Source: Bacteroidales bacterium
GTDB taxonomy: Bacteria; Bacteroidota; Bacteroidia; Bacteroidales; Paludibacteraceae
Length of the DNA: 64,000 nt
Reading direction: 5' to 3'
Assembly: GCA_015654525.1 (NCBI GenBank)
Contig: JAATGT010000033.1
Coordinates: 4,082-68,081, forward strand
Position numbers and translations under genes: made by a program. Under the pieces are notes generated by a model that ran no database searches, had not been told where the DNA came from, and saw nothing but the letters and a program-made list of their open reading frames with translations. Position 1 is the stretch's first letter; each line of letters starts with the position of its first letter. Positions 9,427 to 19,969 of the stretch are shown here, piece by piece.

Positions 9427-11879
9427 TGTTTTAAAGTAATTGTTTGATTTGCCTGTAAAGATATAAATATTTTCCCATCTGAAAACCTGATGCCTTTAGA
9501 TGTTTGCTTTGATAATTCGTTGATATTCCAATTCTTTGGTATTTTCATAATAAATTCATTAGGAACTGAAGCTTTAAGTGTAATTTCCTTTAAAACACTA
9601 TTTTCCCATGCTGCCGATACTTCGCCACCCCCCCGGACTTTCAATCCTTTGAAATGTCCGGTTTGCCAGGCATCCGGTAGAGCCGGCAAGAGCTCAATGT
9701 ATCCACAATGACTTTGTAATAACATTTCGGCAACTGCAGCCGCACCACCGAAGTTTCCGTCAATTTGAAATGGTGGATGTGCATCAAAAAGGTTTGGATA
9801 AGTGCCCCCGCCACGGTGTTTACTGTCTTTTACTCCATCAGGGTCAACATACCGCAACAGTTCGCGATACATCTTATAAGCTCTGTTTCCATCAGCAAGT
9901 CGTGCCCAAAGATTAATCCGCCATCCTTTCGACCAACCGGTTGTTTCGTCGCCTTTTATTTCTAATGTTTTGCGACAAGCATTTGCCAGTTCGGGCGTAG
10001 TGGCAGGTGTAATATGGCTTCCGGGAAATAAGCCGAATAGATGAGACTGATGACGGTGTTTTGGGTCCTGATCGGCCCAATCGTAATACCATTCCTGAAG
10101 ACTCCCGTTTTTACCAATTTTATAGGGGTGTAAACGAGACAGTGTACTTTCGGCTTTTGTCCGAAACTCTGCATCCACATTCAATAACTTAGAAGCCTCA
10201 ATTATTTGTAATAAGCATGCGCGGATCATGGCCAAATCAGCTGTTCCTCCGTAAAAAGTAGCACCGGTATATCCTTCCGGTGTAACAAATTTATTTTCGG
10301 GCGAGGTAGAGGGAGAAGTGATCAGTTTACCTTCTTTGTCTTCGACCAGCCATTCGATACAAAATTGAGCAGCACCACGCATAAGATCATAAGCTTCGTT
10401 TTTCAAAAAGTTTTTATCTTGCGTAAACAGGAAATGCTCCCAAAGATGGGTGCTTAACCAAGCACCACCCATGTTCCAGCAAGCCCAAACAGGATCGTCG
10501 TGACCAAAATTGCCTACCGGATTACTCATAGCCCAAATGTCCGAATTATGACAAGCAGCCCAGCCATTTACTCCATAAAATGTTTTGGCAGTAACCTTCC
10601 CCGTTTCCGAAATATTTTTGATAAAACGAAGCATGGGAAGATGCATTTCAGAAAGATTAGTATTTTCGGCCAACCAGTAGTTCTCTTCGGCGTTGATATT
10701 GGTGGTATAGTTACTGCTCCATGGTGGACGTAGGTATGGATTCCAGATACCTTGAAGATTTGCCGGAACCCCCAGAGTCCGGGAACTACTAATCAATAAG
10801 TAGCGACCATATTGAAAGTAGAGTATTTCCAGATTTTTATCTTCGGCACCTTCGGCAAAACGTTTCAACCGTTCATCGGTAGGTAAATTGGGAGCAGCAG
10901 TTAGTCCTAAATTTAGACTTACACGGTTAAAAAACTTTTGGTAGTCTATCAGATGAGCTGTTCTCAACACATTTAGTGGTTTTGAGAATGCCTTTGCCAA
11001 TTGATCTGATGCTATTTTTTTATTATCCAACCCATCGGTCGCCGGATTTTTATTGAACCCGTTGAAACTGGTAGCCACCGAAACCAACACCAAAGCCTCA
11101 GTGGCATTGCTTAGCACCAAGGTACTATCGGTGCTTGTCAGTACACCATCGGTATTTTTTATTTTTGCAAAAGATGAAAAGCGGGTTCCTCTGGTTTCAT
11201 CAAAAATAACGGAGTTAGCATCAGACCCGGTATAACTTGGCTTAGCGGCTATAGGGGCATAGCCATTTGCCTTCAATGTTTTGTTAGTCGTTGAAAGCTG
11301 ATATTTCAACAGACTTTTGAAGTTCAGATCCATATTCAAAGCCCCTTTTTTACTGCTGGTGAGTTTAATCACCAGCACTTTGTCGGGGTTCGAAATAAAA
11401 TATTCGCGCGTATACTTTACACCACCAATTTCGTAAACAACTTTCGATATTGCATTCGCTATATTTAATTCACGGTAATACTTAGTAGGAGTACCAGTAT
11501 TTTTAAAATTCAAAAACAGGGTTCCAAGTGGTGCATACGAATTTGAATACGTTCCCTGAAATTTCCGGTTAAGCTGATCGGCTAGTTTATAATCCTCATT
11601 TTTCAAAGCCTCTCTAATGGCCGGTAGATTTTTATATCCCTCGGGAAGCATATTGGCATTTACCGGTTCGCCAGCCCAGAGTGTAGCATCATTCAAGTAA
11701 ATCTGGTCGGAGTTGACACCTCCAAAAACAGATGCCCCCATTTTACCATTGCCCAACACCAAACTTTCCTCAAAATACTGAGCCGGTTTGTTGTACCACA
11801 AAACATGGTCGGACTGAGCCTTAATATTGCTTCCTCCCAAAAATAAAAATCCTAATATTGCTAATGCAATTTTCTTCAT
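9423..11879 (-). CDS. GH95 alpha-1,2-L-fucosidase
   Basis: QYGRYLLISSSR, NLQGIWN, NINAEENYW, HRHQSHL, PPFQIDGNFG. Confidence 0.93.
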   Translation of the reverse strand: MKKIALAILGFLFLGGSNIKAQSDHVLWYNKPAQYFEESLVLGNGKMGASVFGGVNSDQIYLNDATLWAGEPVNANMLPEGYKNLPAIREALKNEDYKLADQLNRKFQGTYSNSYAPLGTLFLNFKNTGTPTKYYRELNIANAISKVVYEIGGVKYTREYFISNPDKVLVIKLTSSKKGALNMDLNFKSLLKYQLSTTNKTLKANGYAPIAAKPSYTGSDANSVIFDETRGTRFSSFAKIKNTDGVLTSTDSTLVLSNATEALVLVSVATSFNGFNKNPATDGLDNKKIASDQLAKAFSKPLNVLRTAHLIDYQKFFNRVSLNLGLTAAPNLPTDERLKRFAEGAEDKNLEILYFQYGRYLLISSSRTLGVPANLQGIWNPYLRPPWSSNYTTNINAEENYWLAENTNLSEMHLPMLRFIKNISETGKVTAKTFYGVNGWAACHNSDIWAMSNPVGNFGHDDPVWACWNMGGAWLSTHLWEHFLFTQDKNFLKNEAYDLMRGAAQFCIEWLVEDKEGKLITSPSTSPENKFVTPEGYTGATFYGGTADLAMIRACLLQIIEASKLLNVDAEFRTKAESTLSRLHPYKIGKNGSLQEWYYDWADQDPKHRHQSHLFGLFPGSHITPATTPELANACRKTLEIKGDETTGWSKGWRINLWARLADGNRAYKMYRELLRYVDPDGVKDSKHRGGGTYPNLFDAHPPFQIDGNFGGAAAVAEMLLQSHCGYIELLPALPDAWQTGHFKGLKVRGGGEVSAAWENSVLKEITLKASVPNEFIMKIPKNWNINELSKQTSKGIRFSDGKIFISLQANQTITLKQ

Positions 11880-11938
11880 ACAAGTTTATTTTAGTCATTA
11901 TGTTAGTTCACACCAGTCTACTGTTTCTATATTTTTTG

Positions 11939-11946
11939 CAAATATA
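11939..11946 (-). promoter_or_regulatory. Bacteroidota -7 box (TATATTTG): internal promoter for GH95-GH3
   Basis: TAnnTTTG consensus in the 167-bp gap, 60 bp upstream of the GH95 ATG. Confidence 0.55.
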
Positions 11947-12046
11947 CAGATTTGTCTATAATATATTGATTTAACGATTCTATTTTTGAACAATAGAGAC
12001 CAGAAGTAAGTCCTGTAATCCCAATTGACTTTATCCCTATTTGATT

Positions 12047-13984
12047 TTATTTTTGCGTTATACCTTTCCACGCATCAGTACGGAAAGGTATAACCGGAAA
12101 ACCTTCAACATTAATCAAATTACAATCAGGATTATCGCTCCAGGCATATCGTACAGCCACCGGATTAGGCACTTTTTCAGAACTTATAATGAGTTCATTC
12201 CCGATAATTTGTGCTGTGGCATTATAAAACTTCTTGTCTGTTCCCGAAATGGTGAATTCGCATGGAGACAAATTGTCTTTGGTTTTAAGTCCCGATCCGA
12301 TTCCGAAAAATGAAATTCTGATCATGTTCCCCTCAACTTTGTAGTTGCTAAATAGCGGACCTGAAGCAATAATATCTTTTTGATATGCCATTTTATCTGC
12401 CAGTAGAGCTAACCTAAAACCAACATCTTGCTTGTTTGTCGGATGGATTGTTTTTGCGTCTCCCAAATCAATAGTACAGACCATTCCTGTGTTTGGTTGT
12501 GCCAGCGTCATAGTTTGTGCTTCGCGTAGCTCAGCCCATTCGCTTTCCATAGGTTCAGATTGCTGCTTTTTATAATTCGGTAGCTGAACATATAAAAACG
12601 GTAGATAACCTTGTTGCCAGCGAATTCTCCAATCATTTATCATTATTGGAAATAAGGTACGGTAATTATAGGCTAATGTATCATTGGCTTCTCCCTGATA
12701 CCACAAGAAGCCCTTCAGACCATAAGGTAATATCGGATGAATCATTGCATTGTATAGAAAGGTTGGATAATACTGATAGTTGCGGATTTTTGGAAGGGTT
12801 GGTTCTAACTCTTTCCTGTATTTCCATTTTCCGGCTATACTGATTTTGCTGTTTCCATCCGAAATATACATTTCCTGAGCCGGTGGGTTAAAGCCTCCAC
12901 CTCCCCATAGGTAAGCCATGCGTACCGATAGTATATTTTTACCGTTGTGGATAAATTTTGCCGGAATTGTATAAGTGTGATTTAAATTTGCATTCCACAC
13001 TGTTTTACAAATCTCGTTCCCGTTTATATAAACTGAATAATTCATTTCCGGATGGCCCAAATTCAATGTCATATTTTTTTTATTGAAATTACTTGGAATT
13101 TCGATCATTTTCCGCAACCAAATCATACCTTCGTAATACGTAATATCCGAAGTCTTTAAAATAGATGGCATATTCACTTCCACCCATTTAGTATCGTCGT
13201 AGGAAGGTTGTGTAACGATTTTTTCCATTTTATTTTTGGGATGATATACAATATCCCAAAACTTGATCAAATCCAGGCTATCCTTTAAAAAATGAGTTGA
13301 GATTACCGTGTCGTTTGCAATTACTTTATCATGAGTAATCGGTGACGACAACAGCATTTCCTTACTCGTCCAAGCTTCAACAGGCGAACCTCCCCAGGTT
13401 GCCTGCAGGATGCCGATTGGTACATTTATATCTGTATGAATTTTTCTTGCAAAGTAGTAAGCAACAGCCGATGCAGTTTTTACATTTATCGAATCACAGA
13501 CCTGCCACGAGCCACCTAATATATCCGCTTCGGGTTTCACACTTTTATTATGCGAAACAAAAAAGAAGCGAATATTAGGATAGTTGGCTTGTTTTATCTG
13601 AGCTCGGGCATCTTTAGCCTCTTGAACCTGCAGTTCCATATTCGATTGACCGGATGCTAACCACACATCACCAACCAGTACATCATCGAATTCTATTTTT
13701 TGTTCAGGCTTTTCAGTTTGATAAATTACAAGTTTATATGGGCCACCAGCATTAAATTTAGGTAGATGTAACATCCATTTCCCGTTTTCACCGGTGATTC
13801 CTTTTGCTTCAGTGCTTCCAAACCGTGCTGTGATTTCTGTCCCTACTGGTGCATTTCCCCAAATGGGAATTTCCATGTCGCGTTGTAAAACCATGTGACT
13901 GCTGAATACTTTTGGCATAGACACTTGAGCAAAAATGGCAATATGTAGTATAAAAAGCAATAAAATAGATAATTTGATTTTCAT
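12047..13984 (-). CDS. Sialate O-acetylesterase-type SGNH esterase with inserted beta-sandwich (CE20-like)
   Basis: GQSNM, WGGSPVEAW, WYQGE, IHP motifs with a galactose-binding-like insert. Start moved to MKIKLS, which gives a signal peptide. Confidence 0.85.
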   Translation of the reverse strand: MKIKLSILLLFILHIAIFAQVSMPKVFSSHMVLQRDMEIPIWGNAPVGTEITARFGSTEAKGITGENGKWMLHLPKFNAGGPYKLVIYQTEKPEQKIEFDDVLVGDVWLASGQSNMELQVQEAKDARAQIKQANYPNIRFFFVSHNKSVKPEADILGGSWQVCDSINVKTASAVAYYFARKIHTDINVPIGILQATWGGSPVEAWTSKEMLLSSPITHDKVIANDTVISTHFLKDSLDLIKFWDIVYHPKNKMEKIVTQPSYDDTKWVEVNMPSILKTSDITYYEGMIWLRKMIEIPSNFNKKNMTLNLGHPEMNYSVYINGNEICKTVWNANLNHTYTIPAKFIHNGKNILSVRMAYLWGGGGFNPPAQEMYISDGNSKISIAGKWKYRKELEPTLPKIRNYQYYPTFLYNAMIHPILPYGLKGFLWYQGEANDTLAYNYRTLFPIMINDWRIRWQQGYLPFLYVQLPNYKKQQSEPMESEWAELREAQTMTLAQPNTGMVCTIDLGDAKTIHPTNKQDVGFRLALLADKMAYQKDIIASGPLFSNYKVEGNMIRISFFGIGSGLKTKDNLSPCEFTISGTDKKFYNATAQIIGNELIISSEKVPNPVAVRYAWSDNPDCNLINVEGFPVIPFRTDAWKGITQK

Positions 13985-14078
13985 ACGATAATGATTGTTT
14001 TTAAAAGTCGTATAGAACTCGCATGTCAGATTATCACTTTCTTTAGTGAACGCCTGGACTAATGCTCGTTTCATACAT

Positions 14079-14717
14079 TTATTTCTGAATTAATTTTTCC
14101 GCTATAATTCCGGTCATTACTTTCACTGCCTTTTCATTGGGGTGAATGCTATCGGGAAAATTAGCACCCTGACCATTCATGCCATGATATAAATCTATAA
14201 CCGACAAGTTATTTTTAGAGGCAAGTTTTTCCAGAATAGGGATAACACCATGTACTACAGTAGAGTCATTGATTCCCCATTTGGTTTTAAAAACAGGAAC
14301 CGGAAGGCATACATAGATTTTTGGCTTCGGTGAAATCGTTTCAAAAGTATCAATCAATACCTGATAATCTTTTTCATACTTATCGGCATGCCAGTTTTGG
14401 GGTTTGGTGTCGTTAGTTCCCAATTTAATGATAACTATATTTGGTTTATACACAAATACATTCGAGAATTCTTTGCAGATCCAATACGGAAAATCTCCTT
14501 TCATTTGTAATGTTGTTGCACTCCTGCCGCAATTCAAAACTGAATATTTTGGACCAAGAATACTATCAAGTATTACCGGATAGCTGGTTTTGCTTTGTAC
14601 GGCTAAACCATAACCTTCGGTGATACTATCGCCAACGCAAGCTACCCGAAGAATTTTGTCAGAGCAGCCGCCCAATAATAATATGGACAAGAAAAGTAAG
14701 ATATATGAATTTTTCAT
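14079..14717 (-). CDS. GDSL/SGNH esterase lipoprotein
   Basis: GDSIT, LGTND, DSIHP; lipobox LGGC. Confidence 0.88.
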   Translation of the reverse strand: MKNSYILLFLSILLLGGCSDKILRVACVGDSITEGYGLAVQSKTSYPVILDSILGPKYSVLNCGRSATTLQMKGDFPYWICKEFSNVFVYKPNIVIIKLGTNDTKPQNWHADKYEKDYQVLIDTFETISPKPKIYVCLPVPVFKTKWGINDSTVVHGVIPILEKLASKNNLSVIDLYHGMNGQGANFPDSIHPNEKAVKVMTGIIAEKLIQK

Positions 14718-14729
14718 TATTCTGTCGTT

Positions 14730-16241
14730 TTATTTTATAGATTTATACATGAAGTTTTTGAAAATAACTTTCCCATCACCCATAGAACAAAGTCCAAGTC
14801 GTAAACTTAAAAAGCCTGTGAGAACATTATGATTTAAAGAAGAAACTTCAGCTGAATTTTCTATTTTGTTCCATCTCTCTCCATCGATGCTATAATACAT
14901 ATCAACTGTATTATTTATATTTTTTAAACGAAGAAATACATGACTTTTAATTACTCCTTTTTCTGTTGCAAACTGCCAGCCTCTAAGATCTGCCAAAATA
15001 TTTTCTTTATCGGCTAATATCCCCGAATGCGCATCTTTGTTATAAAAAAGGATTAATCCTCCGGTGGCTTCCCCTTCTATAAACAGTTCGACCTGTGCTA
15101 AATATGAATGGTCTGATGGGATACACAGTAAAGGAGAACAATCACCAACAGATTTTCCCTTAGATTTTACAACTAAACTGTTATCTACAAGATGAAACCG
15201 GGTGGTATCATATTCCCCTAAGAATTTCCATTGAGGTTTTAACTCATTACCTTCAAAGCTGTCATTTAATGTAAATGCAACATTTGAAATTGTTGCTAAA
15301 GGTCTTTTAATGGGTTGATCAGTTTTAATATTGTCAGGAGTTTTAAACCAGCCGTCATTTGTCCATTCTATTGGTTGAAGTAAGGTTTGACGTCCCATGT
15401 TATAGTGTCCGTTTTCATAGCCATGAAAAACCGTCCACCAATTTCCTGTTGCGTCTTCGAATATAGTACTATGACCTTTTGACCACCATTCTTCAGAGTC
15501 CCCTTTTGTCCTAATGATAGGATTGTAAGGTGAATTTTCCCAAGGACCAAAAGGTGATTTTGAACGTGCAGAGATGACCATGTGACTCGTAGCGGGACCT
15601 GCTGTTCCGCCTTCTGCAACTGTCAGATAATAATAATTCCCTCGTTTAACAAGCTTAGGTCCCTCCATACAAAAACATTCAATGGTCCATTCGCGGGGTA
15701 TTGGCCAACCACTGTAAGCATGTTTGAGCTCTCCTGTAACAGAAAGTCCATTGTCAGACAAAGGAACATAACCTCCGTTACTAAAATATAAATACCGTTT
15801 TCCTTCAGCATCTGTAAAATGACCGGGATCGATATTCCCAATCTTCAAATCTACCGGATCACTCCAGTGACCATTTATTGAATCGGCCGTTATAACATAA
15901 TTGGTGTTATTAGCCGGAAAATAGATGTAAAATTTTTTCTTATATTTCACTAAATCGGGAGCCCAAACCGAACCTACATATTTGTGTAATGCATTTGTTA
16001 TGGGTTTCCAGTTGATCAAATCTTTCGAGTGCCAGATTAGTAAACCTGGATAATATTCGAAAGATGAATGAACTATATAATAATCGTTGCCATCACGTAA
16101 TAAGCTCGGGTCAGGGTAATCGCCGGCAAAAATTGGATTAAAAAAAGACTCATCATTTTTTTTATTGGTATTAGTTTGATATTGTGCATTTACTAAAAAA
16201 CTCAATTGAATGAGCAAAGTAATAATAAGAGATTTTTTCAT
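14730..16241 (-). CDS. GH43 beta-xylosidase/alpha-L-arabinofuranosidase
   Basis: YPDPS, WAP, NIDP, MEGP propeller motifs plus a C-terminal beta-sandwich. Confidence 0.9.
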   Translation of the reverse strand: MKKSLIITLLIQLSFLVNAQYQTNTNKKNDESFFNPIFAGDYPDPSLLRDGNDYYIVHSSFEYYPGLLIWHSKDLINWKPITNALHKYVGSVWAPDLVKYKKKFYIYFPANNTNYVITADSINGHWSDPVDLKIGNIDPGHFTDAEGKRYLYFSNGGYVPLSDNGLSVTGELKHAYSGWPIPREWTIECFCMEGPKLVKRGNYYYLTVAEGGTAGPATSHMVISARSKSPFGPWENSPYNPIIRTKGDSEEWWSKGHSTIFEDATGNWWTVFHGYENGHYNMGRQTLLQPIEWTNDGWFKTPDNIKTDQPIKRPLATISNVAFTLNDSFEGNELKPQWKFLGEYDTTRFHLVDNSLVVKSKGKSVGDCSPLLCIPSDHSYLAQVELFIEGEATGGLILFYNKDAHSGILADKENILADLRGWQFATEKGVIKSHVFLRLKNINNTVDMYYSIDGERWNKIENSAEVSSLNHNVLTGFLSLRLGLCSMGDGKVIFKNFMYKSIK

Positions 16242-16257
16242 GTCCAAAATATTTTAT

Positions 16258-17847
16258 TTATTGCTTAATCAGATTTAGAAAATAAACATCATTCTCACGA
16301 AGTTCAAGTTCTTTTACAAAACCCGTATTTGTTTTTATATTTATGACTTCGGTAGAAAGCACTGAACCGTCATTGAGTTTCTTTATTTGTTCCACCTGTT
16401 GTTTGGTCAGTTGCTTTGGAGCCTTCATGGCCAAATACGTTGAATATGGATCATTCACATGGTAACCTACCTTATAGATTTCAAGCTTGTATGTCCCCTT
16501 GGGCATGTCTGACAGATTTACTTTCCCTTTTGATTTTGCAGGCAAATCGCGGACGTAATACACCTGATTATTTACCGAATCGCCGGGATGCGTATTTGTG
16601 AAGTCCCAAAGCAAAACCTGAACATTCCCTTTTGCATCTTTACAAATCCACGAAGTGGAATCGGCATTGACTAATTCTTTGCTTCCCAGTTGATTCATAA
16701 ATTTGAATGAGTAGAAAGCCGGTTTATTGATGCCCTGCGTATTCAGCAATCCGAATCCCCCGTGGAAAGGCGTAAAACGCGGTCCGGCTTCTTCAAATAT
16801 ATCGGTGAATACCCAGTACGACATTGAGTTTGCGGCATTACCCACCTGTTTGATTTTTTGTAACACGTAAGCAGCCTGATGATAGCTGTCGTGAATCGGG
16901 TCGGAGGGTGTGTAAGACGAACTCCATTCGGTATAATGAAGCTGCAAGTTCGGCATGGCCGAGTTGCTTATTTGTTTGCGCGAATTCAGGATATCTCCAC
17001 TTACAGACATTGGATCTTTACTCAGAACTGTGCCCGAGTTACCAAACTCATCTAAAAATCCCTGCTTTACACCATAGGTATGCGTACTTATAAAATCTAA
17101 TGGAAGTGCGTTTTTACTGCAGAAGTCAATCATATCAGGAACCCATGCTGCACCTGCAGTAGCCGGACCACCCACGCGGTAATCCTTATTGACCCCTTTG
17201 ATGGCATTTACCGAATACTTGTATAGTTTGAAATATTCAGCTTGTGTCCCAGACCAAAAACCCGGTGACAAGTTAGGCTCATTCCAAACTTCGAAGTACC
17301 ACGATTTCACTTCCTCTGCTCCATAACGCTCGGTAAAATGGGCGGTAAGATTCTTGATCAAATCGGCCCATTTAGTATAATCTTTTGGTGGAGTAACATT
17401 CCCTCTCCACCAAAAAATGGTTTGTGAACCACTGGCCAGAGCCGATGGCATAAAGCCAAGTTCCACAAAAGGCCTTATGCCAATGCTAAGTAAATAATCA
17501 AACAATGGATCGATATACATATAATTGTATTCCGGTTTTCCATTTTTATCTTCCCTGTAAACGGCCATATCGTCTGTTAACAATCCATGCATACGGATAT
17601 ACTTGAAATCGCATGCTTTCTTTACATACGCCAGTTGTTGCTGCCAGTCGGCCCGTAATCCTTCGTTAGCACGACCTGCTCCAATACATTCTTTGAACAT
17701 GGTATTCAATGGGCCTTTTTCTTTATTATAATTGGCACTGATTACCCGTTCCTGCAAAGCAGTAGGTTTAATATTATAATTGGTTTGTGCCAATACTAAG
17801 CTCATAAACAGGTTCCCCAGAATGGCAAATAAGTGTTTTGCTTTCAT
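16258..17847 (-). CDS. GH39 glycoside hydrolase (beta-xylosidase-like)
   Basis: YIRMHGLL, PFVELGFMP, FEVWNEPN, HYTEW, FHGGFGL. Confidence 0.9.
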   Translation of the reverse strand: MKAKHLFAILGNLFMSLVLAQTNYNIKPTALQERVISANYNKEKGPLNTMFKECIGAGRANEGLRADWQQQLAYVKKACDFKYIRMHGLLTDDMAVYREDKNGKPEYNYMYIDPLFDYLLSIGIRPFVELGFMPSALASGSQTIFWWRGNVTPPKDYTKWADLIKNLTAHFTERYGAEEVKSWYFEVWNEPNLSPGFWSGTQAEYFKLYKYSVNAIKGVNKDYRVGGPATAGAAWVPDMIDFCSKNALPLDFISTHTYGVKQGFLDEFGNSGTVLSKDPMSVSGDILNSRKQISNSAMPNLQLHYTEWSSSYTPSDPIHDSYHQAAYVLQKIKQVGNAANSMSYWVFTDIFEEAGPRFTPFHGGFGLLNTQGINKPAFYSFKFMNQLGSKELVNADSTSWICKDAKGNVQVLLWDFTNTHPGDSVNNQVYYVRDLPAKSKGKVNLSDMPKGTYKLEIYKVGYHVNDPYSTYLAMKAPKQLTKQQVEQIKKLNDGSVLSTEVINIKTNTGFVKELELRENDVYFLNLIKQ

Positions 17848-17884
17848 TTTTATCTTAATATTATCGTTTTGTAATTTTAATCTA

Positions 17885-19966
17885 TCAATTTGTCATCACA
17901 TCCACTTCGGCATACCCGGCAACATCATCGCCATAAGTATTTTTCAAAGCTATAATCTTTATAAACCGGGCTTTTTCGGAAGCAAACTGCTTTATTTGCC
18001 ATAACGGATTATTTTTAATGTTTGAAAATTCTCCTTCACTCACCAGTTTCCATTCTTCGTTGTCTGCAGAAACATAGAACTGGTAGTGAGTAATAATGCC
18101 GAAGCTCCATTTATTTTGATCCGGAAGGTATTTGAAACCACATAAGTTGTATTCATTTCCTAAATCAATGACCAACTCAATTGGCATCTTTTTACCATCT
18201 CTTTGATGCCATACCGTAGAGCTGTTTCCATCTAAAATTGTGTAAGCCTTTTCATCGCTTATACCAACTATTTTCCAATCTTTACGGCAGATGTCAAACT
18301 TTTCAAGGTTTACCGGACTGCTCTTACCCGAAGTAGGGTCGTAAGCGATAGCTTTTACTTCTACTTTTTCTTGTGTTGGAACAGGGTTAGTATATTTCTT
18401 CGAATTCATAGTCGGCTCACTACCGTCTAATGTATAGTAAAAAATAGGACCGATATCATCTGTCGATATGCTGATTTCTCCGGCTTGATTTCTCGCTATT
18501 GAAGGTGCATGTAGGAATACCTGTGCATTATAAATTCCGATATTTGAAATTACAGGGCAACTTTTAGAATCGGTAATATTGAAGCGCACTTTTGTTGCTT
18601 TTACGCTTGGGAAACGAAGGATCCGTTTATAACCGATAGTTGTTGCTTTAGCCACTTCTTTCCAATTTCCATCCACAAATGCTTCAACCGTGAAGGCTTT
18701 CACACGTTGCCCCAAACGAATATATTCCTGTATCAGAAAACGGTTGAACAAAGTTGGTTTCCCAAAATCGATAGTCAACGAAGCTTTAGTAACATTGTCA
18801 TCGGTTGCCCAATATGAATCTTTTTTGCCGTCAATTGCTTTATCGGCTCCAAATTCTTTTGAGTTACCACGAACATTCGAAGCTTTTGCTTTTGTTTTTT
18901 CAGCAAGGTTAACGCTAAATGATTCTTTCACTGCTTGTCCAAATTCATCTGCGGTCTTTTCGTCATTTTGATGGATTAAGCCATTGGGCATAATCGGGAA
19001 ATTGAGCAACAAGGAACCGTTACGTCCGATAGAGTTATAGTAAAGATCCATCAATTGAGGAACAGTTTTTACCTTGTTATCTTCGCTCGGATGGTAAAAC
19101 CACTCCGGTCTGATGGAAGTATTTACTTCAGCAGGTACCCATGCATTCCCGTTTTCCACTCCATAATGCAACATATTCCAAGGCACTTCGCCTGTGGCAT
19201 CCAGCAAACTCCAGTTTGTTTCACCCACATAGCCCTCTTCGGTGCCTACCCAGCGCAAATCACCTCTGTCACCTCCATCGTTCCATATTACACAATTGGG
19301 CTGTAGTTTGTGGATCAGCTTGTAAGTATTCTTCCAGTCGTAATAGGTTGTACGGTCAATGGTGCGGGTTTCATTGGCTCCGCCGTAATATCCATTACCG
19401 CCATTTGCTCCATCAAACCATACTTCGAAAATTGGTCCGTAGTTGGTCAAAAGTTCGGTAAGCTGGTTGCGGAAATAGGTTATATACTCAGGTTTTCCAT
19501 ACTCCGGGCTGTTTCTGTCCCAAGGCGATAAATAGATCCCCAATTTCAAACCATATTCTTTGCAAGCATCAGCCATTTCGCGAACCATATCGCCTTTGCC
19601 GTTTTTCCAGGGAGCATTTTTTACTGAATATTCGGTATATTTAGAAGGCCAAAGGCAAAAACCACAATGGTGCTTTGCAGTAATGATAATCCCTTTCATA
19701 CCTGCTTCTTTGCAAATACGTGCCCACTGACGGCAATCAGATTTCTCCGGATTAAATAGTTTGACATCCTCATTCCCGAATCCCCACGACTGGTCGGTGT
19801 AAGTGTTTAATGAAAAATGGACAAAAGCATAAGATTCCATTTCCTGCCATCTCATCTGATTTTCAGTTGGAACCGGACCACATGAGGCAGGAACTTTTAT
19901 CTGGGCATTATTAAAGCCAATTGAACACACGGAAAGAATTATTCCGTAGAAAAAATATTTTCTCAT
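17885..19966 (-). CDS. GH29 alpha-L-fucosidase with F5/8C and Fn3-like modules
   Basis: TAKHHCGFCLW, YLSPWD, VWFDGA, SIGRNG; two discoidin-like domains and YYTLDGSEPT. Confidence 0.92.
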   Translation of the reverse strand: MRKYFFYGIILSVCSIGFNNAQIKVPASCGPVPTENQMRWQEMESYAFVHFSLNTYTDQSWGFGNEDVKLFNPEKSDCRQWARICKEAGMKGIIITAKHHCGFCLWPSKYTEYSVKNAPWKNGKGDMVREMADACKEYGLKLGIYLSPWDRNSPEYGKPEYITYFRNQLTELLTNYGPIFEVWFDGANGGNGYYGGANETRTIDRTTYYDWKNTYKLIHKLQPNCVIWNDGGDRGDLRWVGTEEGYVGETNWSLLDATGEVPWNMLHYGVENGNAWVPAEVNTSIRPEWFYHPSEDNKVKTVPQLMDLYYNSIGRNGSLLLNFPIMPNGLIHQNDEKTADEFGQAVKESFSVNLAEKTKAKASNVRGNSKEFGADKAIDGKKDSYWATDDNVTKASLTIDFGKPTLFNRFLIQEYIRLGQRVKAFTVEAFVDGNWKEVAKATTIGYKRILRFPSVKATKVRFNITDSKSCPVISNIGIYNAQVFLHAPSIARNQAGEISISTDDIGPIFYYTLDGSEPTMNSKKYTNPVPTQEKVEVKAIAYDPTSGKSSPVNLEKFDICRKDWKIVGISDEKAYTILDGNSSTVWHQRDGKKMPIELVIDLGNEYNLCGFKYLPDQNKWSFGIITHYQFYVSADNEEWKLVSEGEFSNIKNNPLWQIKQFASEKARFIKIIALKNTYGDDVAGYAEVDVMTN

Positions 19967-19969
19967 AAT

